Under the pieces are notes generated by a model that searched no databases, was not told the origin of the DNA, and saw nothing but the letters and a program-made list of their open reading frames with translations. A stretch of 64,000 bases of DNA from Squalus acanthias (taxonomy: Eukaryota): contig CM059431.1 of NCBI GenBank assembly GCA_030390025.1, positions 131,318,001 to 131,382,000 of the forward strand, read 5' to 3'. Numbering within the stretch: position 1 is the stretch's first letter; each line of letters starts with the position of its first letter. Position numbers and translations under genes: made by a program. This document shows positions 38,316 to 51,422 of the stretch, piece after piece.

Positions 38316-39407
38316 AATTAACACTATACACCCTACTTTGCTGGGTCCTAATGGAACCTCAGGAGTGATTACCAGGTAGTCATCTTATTGAAGGGGTTCA
38401 GATCATATCTTAATCACAAGTACAATGAACAATTATTTTAAACTGTCTTCTGGAATCTTAGTGAGTTTACTATCAGCAAATAACTCACATTTATTTGTTT
38501 TTGTCAACCATATGTTGGTATCATTTTCATTTAAAACAACTTTTTGATTGTTTTCAGCCAGAATGCTGTAATAATGACAACTTGTGTCTACATAGCACTC
38601 CTCATGTGAAAGAATATCTGAATGCTTTACGAAAGGGAAAGGTGGACTTGAATTAGGAAGTGAAGGAATCTGTGTGGAAAGCCAAAGGCACAGGCCAGGG
38701 TTTAGCTTTATAGAGGGGTTGTGAAGGCTGAGAGAGAGGTTGTAAAGCAAAGTGTTTTTAGAAGAGAGTTGCAGAGGCTAGGGACATAACTGCTAAAATA
38801 CCAGCCTCCAATTGTGTCAGGTGGGGAATGGGGGAAGGAGCAATAATGCAAGGTTCGAGGAATGGAGGTGACAGTCTGGGTTGTAATGGCTGGATAAGGT
38901 TTCCCCCAAAAAATAATGATAACAACAGCAATGTAATTCAGAACGTTCCAGAAATAAAATGTTTGAAAGACTAGATTTGTTTTTGTTTATTCTGAATAAC
39001 ACATTGTGAGTTTGGGTGATGTGGTCATGCTGTGTTTTTACTTTCAACTCAAAGCAGGAGATTGGAGGGTGAGGATGAAGGTCAGCGTGATATTGCCTAT
39101 TCTGTGGATTGTTTCAAGTATGAATCAAAGGTGTAGATGTCCTAGTAATTAATAGCATTTATAGAAGAAATATCTTGCATTCACACAGTGCCTGAGGACG
39201 TCCCAAAGCGCTTCACAGCCAATGAGGTACTTTTGAAGTGTGGTCACTGTTGTAATGTAGGGAAACACGGCATCCAATCTGCGCACAGCATAGTCCCACA
39301 AACCCCAGTGAGACAAATGACAATACAATTGATTTTATAAAGTGCTGTTGGCTAGAACACCAGAAGAACTCTCCTGCCTTTCAACCAATAGTGCCATGGG
39401 ATATTTT

Positions 39408-42400
39408 GGGCTCGATTTTGCCAGGCCCGAGGAGGCGGGATTGGAGGCGTGTGAGTTGTTAAAATTGCCAAAAATGGCGGGCGGGCCTGATCCCGCCTCC
39501 GAGCAATTTTCCCAAAAGCGTGTTTTCTGACCCCCTTTCCATCCCGCCTCCAAGAGGCGGGATAGGCCCTTAACAACCACTTATTAGCCTCTATAATCCC
39601 ATTTTGAGAGGACTTTCCGATTTTTAGTCATTCCCCCCATCCCTCACGCCTCCTCTGGATCACGCCAGGTAATGCTGGCGGCCTCACAAGTGGATTGCTT
39701 ACGAACAGCTGCACTCCACCATTACAAAGGAGTTTTCACCAATGATCATTTGCAGGTGGCAGAACTTTGTTGTTTCAGGTCTGGGGGAACTTTTAGCAGG
39801 CATACTCAGTGTTGTGGAAGTTTGGAGCCTGACACCCATCTCCATTGTGACCTCCTGGGAAACCCCTCTCCCCACCTTGACTAAGCACTTCCTCAACTGA
39901 GGCATATACCAGAAGCATGGCGACCATTTAATTCCTTTCCTCCTGGACATTAGATTTGGATGAAGACCAGCCACGGCAGCAGCAGAACCATGAGCAACAG
40001 CAGCACCAACAGCAGTAGCATCAACAGGAGCGCCAAGCTGCTAGTCACCCACCTGAAGATGCACAGGCCAGAAGGCACCAGCATGCGACCATATTGCTGC
40101 CCGGGATGCAAGGGACGCACTCATGTTGGTCACATTTGCTTAGCCTGTACAATCAAACACTTTTGCCTCGCACCTTCTTACCAGAGCATCGACAGTGGAC
40201 AAGAACTTGCGGATTCCTATCACTCTGACCACCATACTGACAATTGCAAGTCGCTCTAAGCCCTCAATGTGGAAGTCCCATTTGCGAAATGACACAGGCC
40301 ACAACTTCAACAGTTTGCCATCAGAATTTTTTATCACAACAAGCAACTGGTGGCATTTCAAAAATAAACACAACATAACACCCAAGTGACTACCCTTGTG
40401 ACTACTGTGCATTATCTTCCTCTTGCGCATGCTCCTACGTGGTGCTTCCCCTGTGGCTTCAGCAGATGTGGAGGCCCCTTGCTCACTTTCTTGCTGCTCC
40501 TGTCTCGACACCTTTGGCAGCCATCCTCTGGGGTTGCGAACCTGTGAGGGCTCGGCAACAGTCTGCTGCTCCTGCGGCTGTGCAGGGGATGAGACGCCCA
40601 TCTCAGTTGGGTGAGGACTCTGGTGGGGCTCTGACCGAGGGCTTTGCAGTAGCATGGTCATTTGAGCGCTTGGAGAGGAGCCCCCACTTCCTTGTTGTCT
40701 GTCACCAACATCCCTCTCATGGGTCGGCCCCACTTCAGAGCTAGCAAGTGGCTGGACAGCACCTTGCTGCACTTCAGGGGGGCCATGAGGACCTGTTTCT
40801 GCACTGGAAGTCCTACTCCAGAGGACTTCCATGAAGGTCTGGTTTCTATGCTCAGTAGCTGACCATCGCTCCTCAAGAGATGTCAGTCTATTCTGAACAA
40901 TGACCATGTTTTCTACACTCTGGCAACTTAGCTCCTCCATGGCCGTAGCCATCCTCTCCTCTACTGTAGCCATCCTTTCCACGGAGGTTGCCATCCTTTC
41001 CGTGGTGATGCGTTCATGCGCCAATGCCTCCACAAAGGCTCTGCTCATGTTCGCGATGGACTCCTCCATTTGCTCGACACTCGCAGCGACCCTGGAGACA
41101 AAACCTGCCAGAGACTCCTGCACCTGTTCCTGGAGTTCCAGCACCGCTGATCTTATGGATGGACCCAGAGGCAGAGGGTCGACATGCAGCTGAGCCGAGC
41201 TGGCAGAGTCCTGCGCCCTCCGACGAGGAGTCTCCACTGCTGTCCCTATCTCCACCATCTGCTGATGCTCACTTGTGAGCTGTGATACACCAGGTACCAA
41301 CTCTACTCTATGTCCCGAAGGTCCCACCGAGGTGTGAGTGTCTGCGCTGGTGCTGGGTGCGCTGAATTCTGCTGAGGCTGCGCCCTCAGAGGTTGCAGCT
41401 TCCTCTGAGGAGTCTGGAAGCTCAGGCTGTTCCTCCTGGACAGTGGGGACGGGGGCTTTCGATGGTCCTGTGGGGGAGTAAAGGAAAGAGTTAAGAGATG
41501 TGAGGTCAAGGTTATATGAACATTGAATAGTGCAGATGATCATAAGTCAATCTGTTAGAGCATCAGATTCATTATCAGTGACTCATGCAATGTCAATGAG
41601 AGAGATGCCAAACTATTCTGTCACCAGCTTGCTGCGATGCGCCCATCTGTCCATCCCCCACTTGGGAATCCTCCTCCATCCCGGCGATTTCCAGGGCCAC
41701 CTCCTCCCAGGTGGTGAGCTGGGCTACTGAGGGTGGCCCTCCTCCTGTCATGGCTCTTTCCCTCTTATTGTGGGCTCTCTTTTCCTGCAATGAGGGACAC
41801 AAGTGGAGTTTGAGTGAGAATGAAGGAGTGAGTGTAGATAATCCATAGCATAGATGCTTAGAAGGAGACAAAGGGCCCTCCCTGTGTGTTGAAAGTTGTT
41901 GTTGTCATGGCATCACAGTGATAGGGAGTGTGAGGGCTGCATGGTTGAATAGTTAAGTGAATGTGACCTTCGAGAGAGAGGGAATGGGTAAGGGTGGAGG
42001 CATGTAAGTGTCAAGTGGCATGTGGAGGAAGAGGTTGGCAAAGCAGAGTGCTGGTGAGGAGAGGCAATGGGGATCAGATTGAGGGTGATGGGAAAGTCAT
42101 ACTCACTTTTCCTGTGCGGAGAAGATCATGAAACCTCTTCCTGCATTGCAGCCAGGTTCTGCGGCTCAGCGAAATGGAGTTGACCTCCTGGGCCACTTGC
42201 AGCCACACAGCTTTTGTCTGCTGGGGTGGCTTTTTTCTCCCTGAGGAAGGGAACAGCACCTCCTTTTTACATCTGGCTCTGTGCACCAGAGCTTGGAGGG
42301 AGGGCTCATCAAACCGAGGTGCACACTTTTGCTTGATCATGGACATTGTCGGGAAATCAACTCCTTCATACAATTTGCAGAGCCTTTGCAGTCTCCAGAA

Positions 42401-42626
42401 GAAGCAAGGCTGCTTGCAGGTCTTAAATCCAGCAGCATTGATGACATCATCGGAGGCAACTTTCTGTATGAAAAGACTCATTGGGCCAGGTGTTCCTACA
42501 CGCAGGAAATCAATTGCCCAATTAGGGGAAAATCCCACTTTTTCAGCACTTCACTTAGGAGTCAGGGTCCTGACACGATTTCCACCTGACACGCCCCAGC
42601 CTGCCCACACTGACAAAATCCAGCCC
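39408..42626. mobile_element. Non-autonomous Harbinger transposon (transposase deleted, Myb/SANT gene retained)
   Basis: TIRs GGGCTCGATTTTGCCA / TGACAAAATCCAGCCC with a 3 bp TSD TTT. Only short N- and C-terminal transposase-like remnants remain at ~39915-40143 (RDARDALMLVTFA*). Confidence 0.9.
40140..42346 (-). CDS. Harbinger Myb/SANT-like DNA-binding protein; three predicted exons 42346-42107, 41784-41625, 41467-40140; about 575 aa
   Basis: APRFDEPSLQALV..LFP..W.QVA.EVNS..RTWLQCRKRFHDL is the trihelix motif, followed by TGGGP in exon 2 and a heptad-like ERMAT-repeat region in exon 3. GT..AG junctions have compatible phases (0, then 1) and no internal stop. Expression is unknown. Confidence 0.7.
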
Positions 42627-45610
42627 TTTATGTCCAACTGGGAGTCCTCAGTTTAACATCTCATCAAAAAGACGGGAGCTCCATCAGTGCAGCACTCGCT
42701 CAGTACTGTACTGCCAGCCTAGATTATGTGCTCAAGTCTCTGGATTAGGACTTGAACTCACAACCTTTGGATTCAGAGGTGTGAGTGCTGCCACTGATCC
42801 AAGGCTGGCACTTATCTTATTTTTTACGCATTTTGTATCCTCATAACTGACAGTCTGGTGCCAATGCATGATATAAAAGTTCTATTAGTTACTAATGGGG
42901 TGTATATGAATGTGCTGAATGTAAACACTGATGTGAACACCACAAGTATAGTTTAATAATACTATCTGCTTGTTGGGTTAAAGTATTCCTGTACACATTT
43001 AATAATAATGGTTAAGTATAGTGCACCTGAATTTCAGTAGATGGAGGAGAGCATTTCATTACATGCCCGTTATTTAGTGCATGCTTATACTTAGTAAAGA
43101 GATACATGTTTGAAAATTCTGGGTCTGCGGGACACATCGGCTGGGCAGGCTGGCTGGAATTTGGGCGGGATCTGGTTCTTTCGTGTCTCTGGCCCTTTGT
43201 TTGGTACATTGACAAATTGTGCCAGAGGTGGGGGTGGCCGCTCCCTGTGTCAACTCCCTCCCCATGCAGATGTCGCTGGAAGGAACGGAACTGGTGGCAT
43301 CATGCCATCCATCAGTAATTAGGCACTTCCACCTCCATTGCTCCCAATGGTAAGTATGCCTTTATAATGCAGGCGTACTACTGTGCCAGAACCAAGAACT
43401 GGCGGAAGTGGGGTCCACTACTACCAGGTTCCCAATGACAATGGTGGCTTCAATTTCTTTTTAAAAAAAGTTTGTTCCTGTGGTTATCTTCGAATGAAGC
43501 AGCTGGTCCCCTTTACATTGTGGCAAGGTGCTGCTGCAAAATGCCTGTCACCTGTCAAGGTGGGTGCCGAGTAATGCTGCACTGACGTGGGTACCTGCCC
43601 CTTTTGCAAATGACTCTCGCTGCAGGATTCTGGCTGGCGGTAGGGGCTGCAGAATTGAGGCTGGTAGTCCTGCCTCTGCGTTTTGGGGGTCCCAGGAATT
43701 ATGGGCCTAACAACTCTGGAAAATGTCAGTGATAAACCTGCCATTTAAAAATGTTGACAGTTTAGAATTTTTCAACAATTTTTAAATAAGTGTGAGATCC
43801 AAGGTTGTGCCTTTCCCTCCATCGCACATCTGGCACCATGTTGGCTGATAGGCTGGTTTTGCAGAGGCATGTAGGAGATTTTAGTCAAACCCACAATCGT
43901 GTGCAGTCTTGATATAAGCAAATTCCTAGCTTTGTCCTACTGATGTAAATTGTATTCTAGAGCCTGATTTGCTCTGTACCTGGTAAGTAAAGGTACAACT
44001 TTCATGTTATGGTAATATGGCCTGGAGCAACTTTTCCCCCTCATTCCAATTGTTGAATATCTTCTTTTGATACGTAACAACCTGTGGCAAGTGCCTGTTT
44101 CAGCTTCCAATTCTCATAGTCAATTCATATGGAAATGTCCCTCTTTCCAAAACTTATCATTAACTAATGGTGTGTGCTAAAGTTCTGAATAAATGCACTG
44201 CATAATAGATTGCTGTTATTATGCAATAGGTTTGGCAAACAAAAAAGTTGCAATCAACAGGGAGTTGGAAAAAGTCAGAGTTGCATACAAGTGACTGGAC
44301 TGTGTATGCTGTTTCGTAGTGAGATCTAACATGAGAGATTTGAGTGCACTGTGATTTAGACAGATTTGGGTTATTACCTTACAGAGAAGTGATAGAGTAT
44401 CTCACTAAACAGAGTAATAAAGACATTCTTTATTGCCTGAATAAAAGCATTCTCTGAGTTGGTTAAGTGAACCTAACTGACCTTCACTAAATACGACATG
44501 TACCGAATTAATGCCTGCTGAGAGTCACTCTCCCCAATGTATTGAAGGGGCTGCTATGTTAATCTTGGGATTATTTCATGTAGCTTCATGGTTGATTTAA
44601 ATAGATTAGTTTTACTAACCTTTTCCAATTTCCTAAAGTTTTTCCATGAAACAGCTAAAGCATTATGGGATTAGCTTGCAGCATCGGATTAGTTTTTATT
44701 AATAAATCTGATTGGATGCAGTGTCCTATCTCTTCACTCTTTAACTGTTGACATCTGGGTATGTTATGTTGTTTGTTTAAATGTTTGTTGCCCATTTTTG
44801 GATGAAAGTACATTTTAAGCAGTATTTGGCGATGTCCTGTCCAGCTAGTGCAGTGGTCTACTAATGTGCCATACTGGCGAGTGATCCCAATCTATCCATG
44901 AAGGGGGTGGGGAGGTGTTAGCTACTGAGTGAAGGTAAAGCGCTTTCCCCTAGACAGTGAGGAAATACCTGATAGCAAGTCAACCCAGGCTTTTATTTTA
45001 TGAATTTCCTTACAGCTGGTTAGAGAACAGCATTAATAGAGCCCTGGATATAAGTTCGTAGTGTTTTAGTGATGGAATGGTGTAAAGCATGGGATACCCT
45101 AAAAAGGGAATTAAATAAATGGTATTTGTTAGAATTTGTACCACAACATGTGTATAACTTGAAAGAAATGCTTCTTGGAACAAAACACAATGGGGGAGAA
45201 ATTCGGTACCTTAGTGTCTCCAGTTAGTGTCTGGCGGGGGGGGGGCGCTAACGGAGCGCTGAGGCAGTCGCGCCACACGCCAAATTCAGCCCCCCTGTAG
45301 CGCCACTGCTATGAGTTAGCGCCGGGGATTTCAGCGCCAGGCAAATCGTGACGTCAGTGAACGTGCAACGCTCACTGGGCGCCTAATCTGCCAAATTGAG
45401 TATTGCCCCCTGCCTTAGCGCCTCGCCCCGACAGTAATGAGTCGCAGCTCTCAGGTTAGTGCTGTTTCACTGCTTCCTTGTCAGTTTGACATTGTGCAAC
45501 AGCTTAATTCAGTCATTTACAGGTTGTTTAGTCTCCGGAGTGTTGTGGCTATTAAAAATTAGTTACATTTATTCTCACAAAATATCAAAGTGCTACACTT
45601 CGTTACATTA

Positions 45611-46762
45611 ATGGGGGCTGTGCTGGCAGTCAACCTTGCCCTCCAGGATCTACAGCGGAGGGAGCGCAGGCAACGAGAAAGATTGGAACATGAGGCCAGA
45701 GGGAGGAGGAGGGCCATCAGGGCTCTCAACAGGAGGCCTTACCCTCCAAGGATCTTCCGACAACAATTCTCCTACCTCCAATTAAGCCAGGAGCAGTGTC
45801 TTAGAAGACTCCGCTTCAGCAAGGAGGTGGTCACAGAACTCTGCCACCTCCTGCAACCAGACCTCGAGCTTCAGATCAGGATGAGGACGGCCATCTCAGT
45901 GGCAGTCAAGGTCACCGTCGCCCTCAATTTCTTCACCAGTAGATCCTTCCAGTCTGCAACAGGAGATATAGGAAACATCTCGCAGTTCGCCGTCCATCGC
46001 TGCATCTGGGAGGTCACAGAGGTCACAGTAGGAGAAGGGACTACATTTCCTTCCCCTTCACCAGAGAGAAACAGGACGAGCGTGCATGTGGCTTTGCCAG
46101 GCTAGCGGGATTCCCCATGGTGCAGGGCGCCATTGACTGCACGTGACCCACGTGGCTTTGTGGGCACTGCATAACAATCCTGAGATCTTCCGTAACTGCA
46201 AAGGCTACCACTCACTTAATGTCCAGTTGGTGTGTGACCACAGACAGCAAATCCTCACCGTCAATGCCCGCTATCCTTGCAGCAGCCACGATGCCTTCAT
46301 CCTGTGCCAGCACTCTTCCAGCTACCACATCAAGCTCGCGGCTGGCTGGTCGGAGACAAGGGGTATCCACTTTCCACCTGGCTCATGACTCCCTTCCACA
46401 ACACTCCTGCACAACACTCACATAATGAGAGCCATGCTGCCACCAGGAACATCATTGAGCAGACCATCGGGGTGCTCAAGCAACGGTTCCGCTGCCTTGA
46501 CCACTTGAGAGGAGCCCTCCAGCACTCGCCGGAGCGGGTGTCCCATTTTGTCGTGCTGTGCTGCATGCTTCACAATCTGGTCATCATGAGGGCCCAGTCC
46601 TTGTCACCAGGGATTGCGGGACCATCTCAGGAGGAGGAAGAGGGAGAGGAGGAGGAAGACGAGGAGGAGGAGGAGGAACAGGAGCGAGGGAGGAAGCAGC
46701 CACCCAATCGGCCTTCCGGAGGGGCGGTCCGTGACCGCCTCATCAGACTGCGGTTCAAATAA
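45611..46762 (+). pseudogene. Harbinger DDE transposase (HARBI1-like family), frameshifted
   Basis: Motifs FPMVQGAIDCT, NCKGYHSLNVQLVCD, YP.SSHDAFIL, WLVGDKGYP, RNIIEQTIGVLKQRFRCL and CCMLHN are spread across three frames. Confidence 0.93.
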
Positions 46763-46925
46763 TTAAACCCCAGATCCCCGTTGCTCACCACATCCCCATC
46801 ATTCCATCCTGTCGCAGGCCATATCACAGAGCACAGCTGAAATGAGAGACATCACAAAATTATCCGAAGTGAATTAATTAATTTATCAATAATCAGTGAA
46901 CACATCTTTACAACAACAATATTTA

Positions 46926-48827
46926 CTATTCACCCCTGTGCAATCTCTTAGTGCCTCGCGTTACTGTGCCTTTGCCTACTCTAGTGCTGCTACAAAGTGT
47001 TGGCCCAGTGGTTGCAGCACGGCTGGTGGAAGGCTGCTGAGTTTCCATGGGGGAGACTTCAGATGGCCTTGCAGGACGCCCTCGACCAGCTCTGGGCCTG
47101 GAAGGCCCGGCTGTAGACTGCACCACCTCAGCATGGGCGGCAGCAGTCTGGGCTGGCTGGATGATGGGCAGCGACAAGGGCAATGGCAGAGTGCCAGTGG
47201 TGGGAGCAGGAATGCTGTCATCCTGAGAGAAGACAGCAGCTTCCTGCTCCACTGACCCACTGGCATTCCCCTGGAGCAGAACCTCAGCATCCCTAGCAAT
47301 CTGTTGGAGCACAGATTGCTGGCCTGGTGCGACATCGTGAAAGCCCTGGTCGACCGTGGTAGACCCAGCCACGATGGCAGCAGTCAGAGCTTGCGTTGCA
47401 TCAAGCTGAGACTGCATGAGAGCAGTCTGAGATTGATTGGCCCCAACCATAGACTGCATTACAGCACTAAGACGTTGCGTCGCTTCCGCCTATGCTGCAA
47501 TGAAGCTGCCAGATCGCCCATCACAAGCGGCATCAGGACTGGGTCGCCACGGTCTCTCTGGGAGTCTACCATCATTTGCAGACTGGAAATGATGGGCTCC
47601 ATGGTGTGCGCAGAGCCTTGTGCAATGTTGGCGACGGACTCCTCCATGCTCCTTATCATTGCCGAGAGGCTCTTGGGCACCCTTGCCATTGCACCTATCA
47701 TCTCCGTGTGCATGCCCATCACCATTCTTCTAAAGGCCTCCCCATCGATGTTCTCATCTAAGTCCTGTGCAGCAGAACTCGCCCGCGAACTCACCCTCCG
47801 GGGAGCTGTCCCCCGAGCTACCCTTTCCCCCTGGCCTTGCTGCAGCCCGCTCGTTCCCGGTGCATCACCCAGTGCAGATCCCGCTACTATACTAGCCTCT
47901 AAAGAACGCGGAGTGCCAGTATCTGAGCTGGTGCCTGCAGGTGAGACATGTAGTGACGCGGTGTGTTCTTCCTCCTCCTCTTCTCCCGCCTCGCTCTCAA
48001 CGGTGCCCTCAGGGACAGGCTGCTCTGATGCTTGCTCATTATCTGAAGCATAAAGGCACAATAGTCGGGTTAAGGTGAGTGGAGGGGGGCAGGAAGGGAG
48101 AAATGCATGCATACAACATGATTAGCTGGAAAGTGCGAAAGGCTTATGGGGTGAGGGGGAAGTGGGATGTGAGAAGAAGGAGTAGGGATGAACATACCGT
48201 TGTTGTCCCCAAATGGGTCAACGTTGCTGGTGGCCACGGTGCCCACCACCTGGCGCCCAATGATATCCAGCACTCTATTTTCCAGCGCAGACAGTGGTTG
48301 GGTGTCGGCTTGTCCCCCGCCTGTGCGCTCCTGCTCCCTCCTGTTGTGAGCCACCTTGGCCTGCTAGAGAAAGGAAAGTGTGTGAGTGAGTGTGGAGCAA
48401 TGTGTTTGGGTGATGTGCCTGCCATAGTTGAATAGCTGTCATTGTGTGCATGGTGTGAGGTGTGAGTGTTGGTAGGTAAGAGATTGTTGGTGGATGAGTG
48501 CTGGGGTGTGTTGCTTTGGGAAGTGTGTGCAGACTGTGTTTCAGACGGTGGTGTGTAGCATTTGTTGAGGCATTGACTCAACCTGGCCACCCGAGTAAGG
48601 TCATTAAATTTCTTCCTGCACTGTGTATGGGTCCTGGGGACCACAGTGCTGCCCGAGACCTGATGGGCAACCTCCCTCCACATGGCACGGAAGACTTGCA
48701 GCGAGGGCCTCCTGCCACTTGCTGGGTACAGCACCGCCCTCCTTCTCTCCCCAGCGGACACCAACTCCTCCAATGCTTGGTCCGAAAATCTGCGGGCTCT
48801 CTCCCTGGGGCATGGATCTCCCATCAT
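46926..48827 (-). pseudogene. Harbinger Myb/SANT gene, three exons, disrupted
   Basis: Exon 1 gives RARRFSDQALEELV..WREVA..RTHTQCRKKFNDL and exon 2 gives AHNRREQERTGGG. Exon 3 changes frame near 47460-47500, and the first donor reads TTGAGT instead of GTGAGT. Confidence 0.85.
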
Positions 48828-49654
48828 GAAACCTGCTTCAGTCGTCCGGCTCCTTGGGCTTGGCCTGCTCCTGCTTGCTGACACAGGTTCACAGCCAGCA
48901 ATGCTGAGAATGAGGTTCTGCAGCATGAATGAACCTCACCTTTTGAGAACTGGAAAGAGCCTGTGGCAATGATGACTTGCAATTAGACTGCACCTGATAT
49001 TGGTTAGCGCTTTATTGTAACGCCACTGAGCTAGGCCGTTAGTGCTTGATTTAGCGCTCCCATCCTTTCTTTGAGCGATGATATTGAATTTTGCGTGCAG
49101 CGAGATTCATTAGTGCCTGACGCTAAATCTCAAACTTTTCCAAAGTTAGCACCCATTCCTGGGCTATAATGAATTTCTCGCCCACAGTAACTATAAATTT
49201 GTTAATGTATGAAACGATTATCCCCAGAATTGGCAGTGAATTGCTGAATAGCCGTGATGGTGACCTGGGACTGTAGGCAGTCACTACTGGATTTTGCAGA
49301 AAGATTGTGATACTATGAGTCAGGAGTGTCTCCAGTAGATAGGAAGGATGAGCACTTCTTTGTCTTGTCTGTGAAATGTGTTGGACTTACTCTTGGGTGT
49401 CTGTTCAGCAACCACATAATAATTGTATTAATTTGTAAAGCATGAGGTCTTGTAAAGCTATGATTTGTTAAAACTTTACATATGTGATAGATCTTTGGAC
49501 AAAATTATATTCCAATTTCAACAGGAAAATGATTTTCAATATTAATTTGAAGAGGTACTGCATTTATGTGTAGAGGGTGAAATGAGGGTTAGAAGAAGTG
49601 TGTATTATTTTCATCACAATGATACCACACAGAGTGAACTTTGTCACAATTTAC

Positions 49655-51421
49655 GCCATTGTGCCAATAAACTTTTATCCATCTGGTTCCTTCCAGACTG
49701 CTGCTGGAGATATTAGCAACATCTCGCTGTTTGCAGTGTACTGCTGCAAAAGGGAGGTCACTGAGGCTCTCTATGCAAAGAAAGATAATTTCATTTCATT
49801 CCCGCTTGCCAGTGAGAAGCAAGCAGAGCAAGCACGAGGGTTTTCAATGATTGCACGCTTCCCCTTGGTGCAGGGTGCCATTGACTGCATGCACATTGCT
49901 TTGCCTGTGCCTTGTGTCAACTCTGCCATGTACCTGAACCAAAAGGGATTCTGTCCCTTCAACGTGCAGCTGGTGTGTGACCATAGGCAGCGCATCATGC
50001 AGGCCAATGCCCGGTATTCTGGCAGCAGTCACGATTCATTCATTCTGCGGCAGTCCTTTTTTGATGAAGTAACAGAGAGGATTGATGAAGGGAATGCAAT
50101 GGATGTTGTCTACATGGATTTTAGGAAGGCAACACTGTGGCACTGTTGCCTCACAGCGCCAGGGACCCGGGTTCGAATCCGGCCTCGGATGACTGCCTGT
50201 GTGGAGTTTGCACATTCTCCCCGTGTCTGCATGGGTTTCCTCCGGGTGCTCCGGTTTCCTCCCACAGTCCAAATGAGAAAGAGACAAGGGTTGGGTTGTG
50301 GTGAGGGGAGAGGGGAAAGTAAGAAGTGCATGCTTACACTATCTGCAGCTTGTAAGTCAGAAGAGAGTTAGGGATGAGGGAGAAGTGGGATGTGAGAAGG
50401 CGGTTTAGGTATTAGGGTACCATCATCTTCAAAGGCTTCAGCCCCGCCAGTGGCCACGGCCTCAGCAATGGCCCTTCCCATAATGGCTACCACCATCTCC
50501 TCCATGGGGGTTAGAACATGTAAGCCTGCCTCTACCCCTCCAGTTAGTTCCTGCTGCCTTTGGTTGTGCACCACCTTCTTCTGCAAGAATGAGGGAAGTG
50601 TGTCAATGAGTGTCGTGCAATCTGTTTGGGTGATGTGGCTGTCGTGGTTGAATAGCTGCCAGTGTGTGCAAGCTGTGAGATGTGGGTATGAGGCTTGCAA
50701 CAGTGCTAAGTGTGTGAGGGTGAGGTAAAGCATATGAATGATAGGTATGAGTCCTGATTGATAGAGATTGTTGGTAGGTGAGTGATGGGAGTTTGGTGAA
50801 TTGAGCAGTGGCTGAGATTAGTGGTGCAGTTGGTAGGATATGGCATTTGAAGTTGCAGTCATTGGCCTTGACCACTTGTGTGAGGTCATTAAACGTCTTC
50901 TGGCACTGCATCCAGGTTCTTGGGGCTAGACTCCTGGCATTAACCTCCGCGGCTATCTGCTCCCACTGCCTTCTCATTGTGTGTCTGGAAGGCCTGAGGA
51001 TACAGGACCTCTCTCCTCCTTTCCACCTCCTCCACCATGATCTCCAGTGCAGCATCCGAAAGCCTGGGGGTCCGCTCTCTCCCATGGCCAGCCATTCTTC
51101 TCTCTTTCCCAGGTTAGAGTCAGTTGCAGAACGACTTCCAGCACCTGCTCCAGCCACAATGCACCCCTCCTTTAAGAGGTGCAGGCTAGCTTTCAGTCAT
51201 GCAGGCTAGCTTTAAGTAGTGGAAGTTAGTAACGATATCGGGCCCCCTGCTGATGCGTGCAGTCAATGTACAGCACGTGGAGCACTGGCTGCATGCAGAA
51301 ATCATTATAATTAGCAGGGAGCATGAAGTTAACGTGTTACCTGCATTCCACTCAGCGGCCGCGGGTTAATTGTGTAATCCGATCGCCATGCCCATTTTAG
51401 GGGCTAACCAATTTAACCCCC
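49655..51421. mobile_element. Internally deleted Harbinger remnant (transposase fragment +, 49655-50054; Myb/SANT exons 1-2 -, ~50400-51090; right TIR)
   Basis: FPLVQGAIDC..NQKGFCPFNVQLVCD..YSGSSHDSFILRQS, WEQIAAEVNARSLAPRTWMQCQKTFNDL and HNQRQQELTGG. Ends in AATTTAACCCCC. Confidence 0.85.
50055..50272 (+). mobile_element. CR1 RT fragment (~50055-50130) fused to a tRNA-derived V-SINE 5' half (~50131-50272)
   Basis: FFDEVTERIDEGNAMDVVYMDFRKA, then a B-box GGTTCGAATCC and the V-domain TGTGTGGAGTTTGCACATTCTCCCCGTG..GGTTTCCTCCGGGTGCTCCGGTTTCCTCCCACA. Confidence 0.85.
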
Positions 51422-51422
51422 C

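Larger units (their letters stand above)
39160..42812 (-). mobile_element. Deu-domain SINE split by a Harbinger insertion (39160-39407 and 42627-42812)
   Basis: Removing 39408-42629 restores GCCATGGGATATTTTATGTCCA, matching the reverse complement of the SINE core at 16070-16095. Confidence 0.85.
45192..49183. mobile_element. Full-length (about 4 kb) but mutated PIF/Harbinger transposon
   Basis: TIRs GGGGGAGAAATTC / GAATTTCTCGCCC enclose convergent transposase and Myb/SANT genes. No exact TSD. Confidence 0.92.

Noticed and set aside
43270..43355. Exon-like segment with AG acceptor and GTAAGT donor
   Set aside because: It lies inside a MITE-like GC-rich stretch starting ~43150, the peptide resembles nothing I recognise, and there are no partner exons.
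45611..46762. Domesticated HARBI1 host gene
   Set aside because: It is frameshifted, enclosed by TIRs and paired with a Myb gene, so it is a transposon copy.
50131..50190. tRNA gene (perfect B-box)
   Set aside because: It continues directly into a V-SINE domain and lacks a complete cloverleaf.
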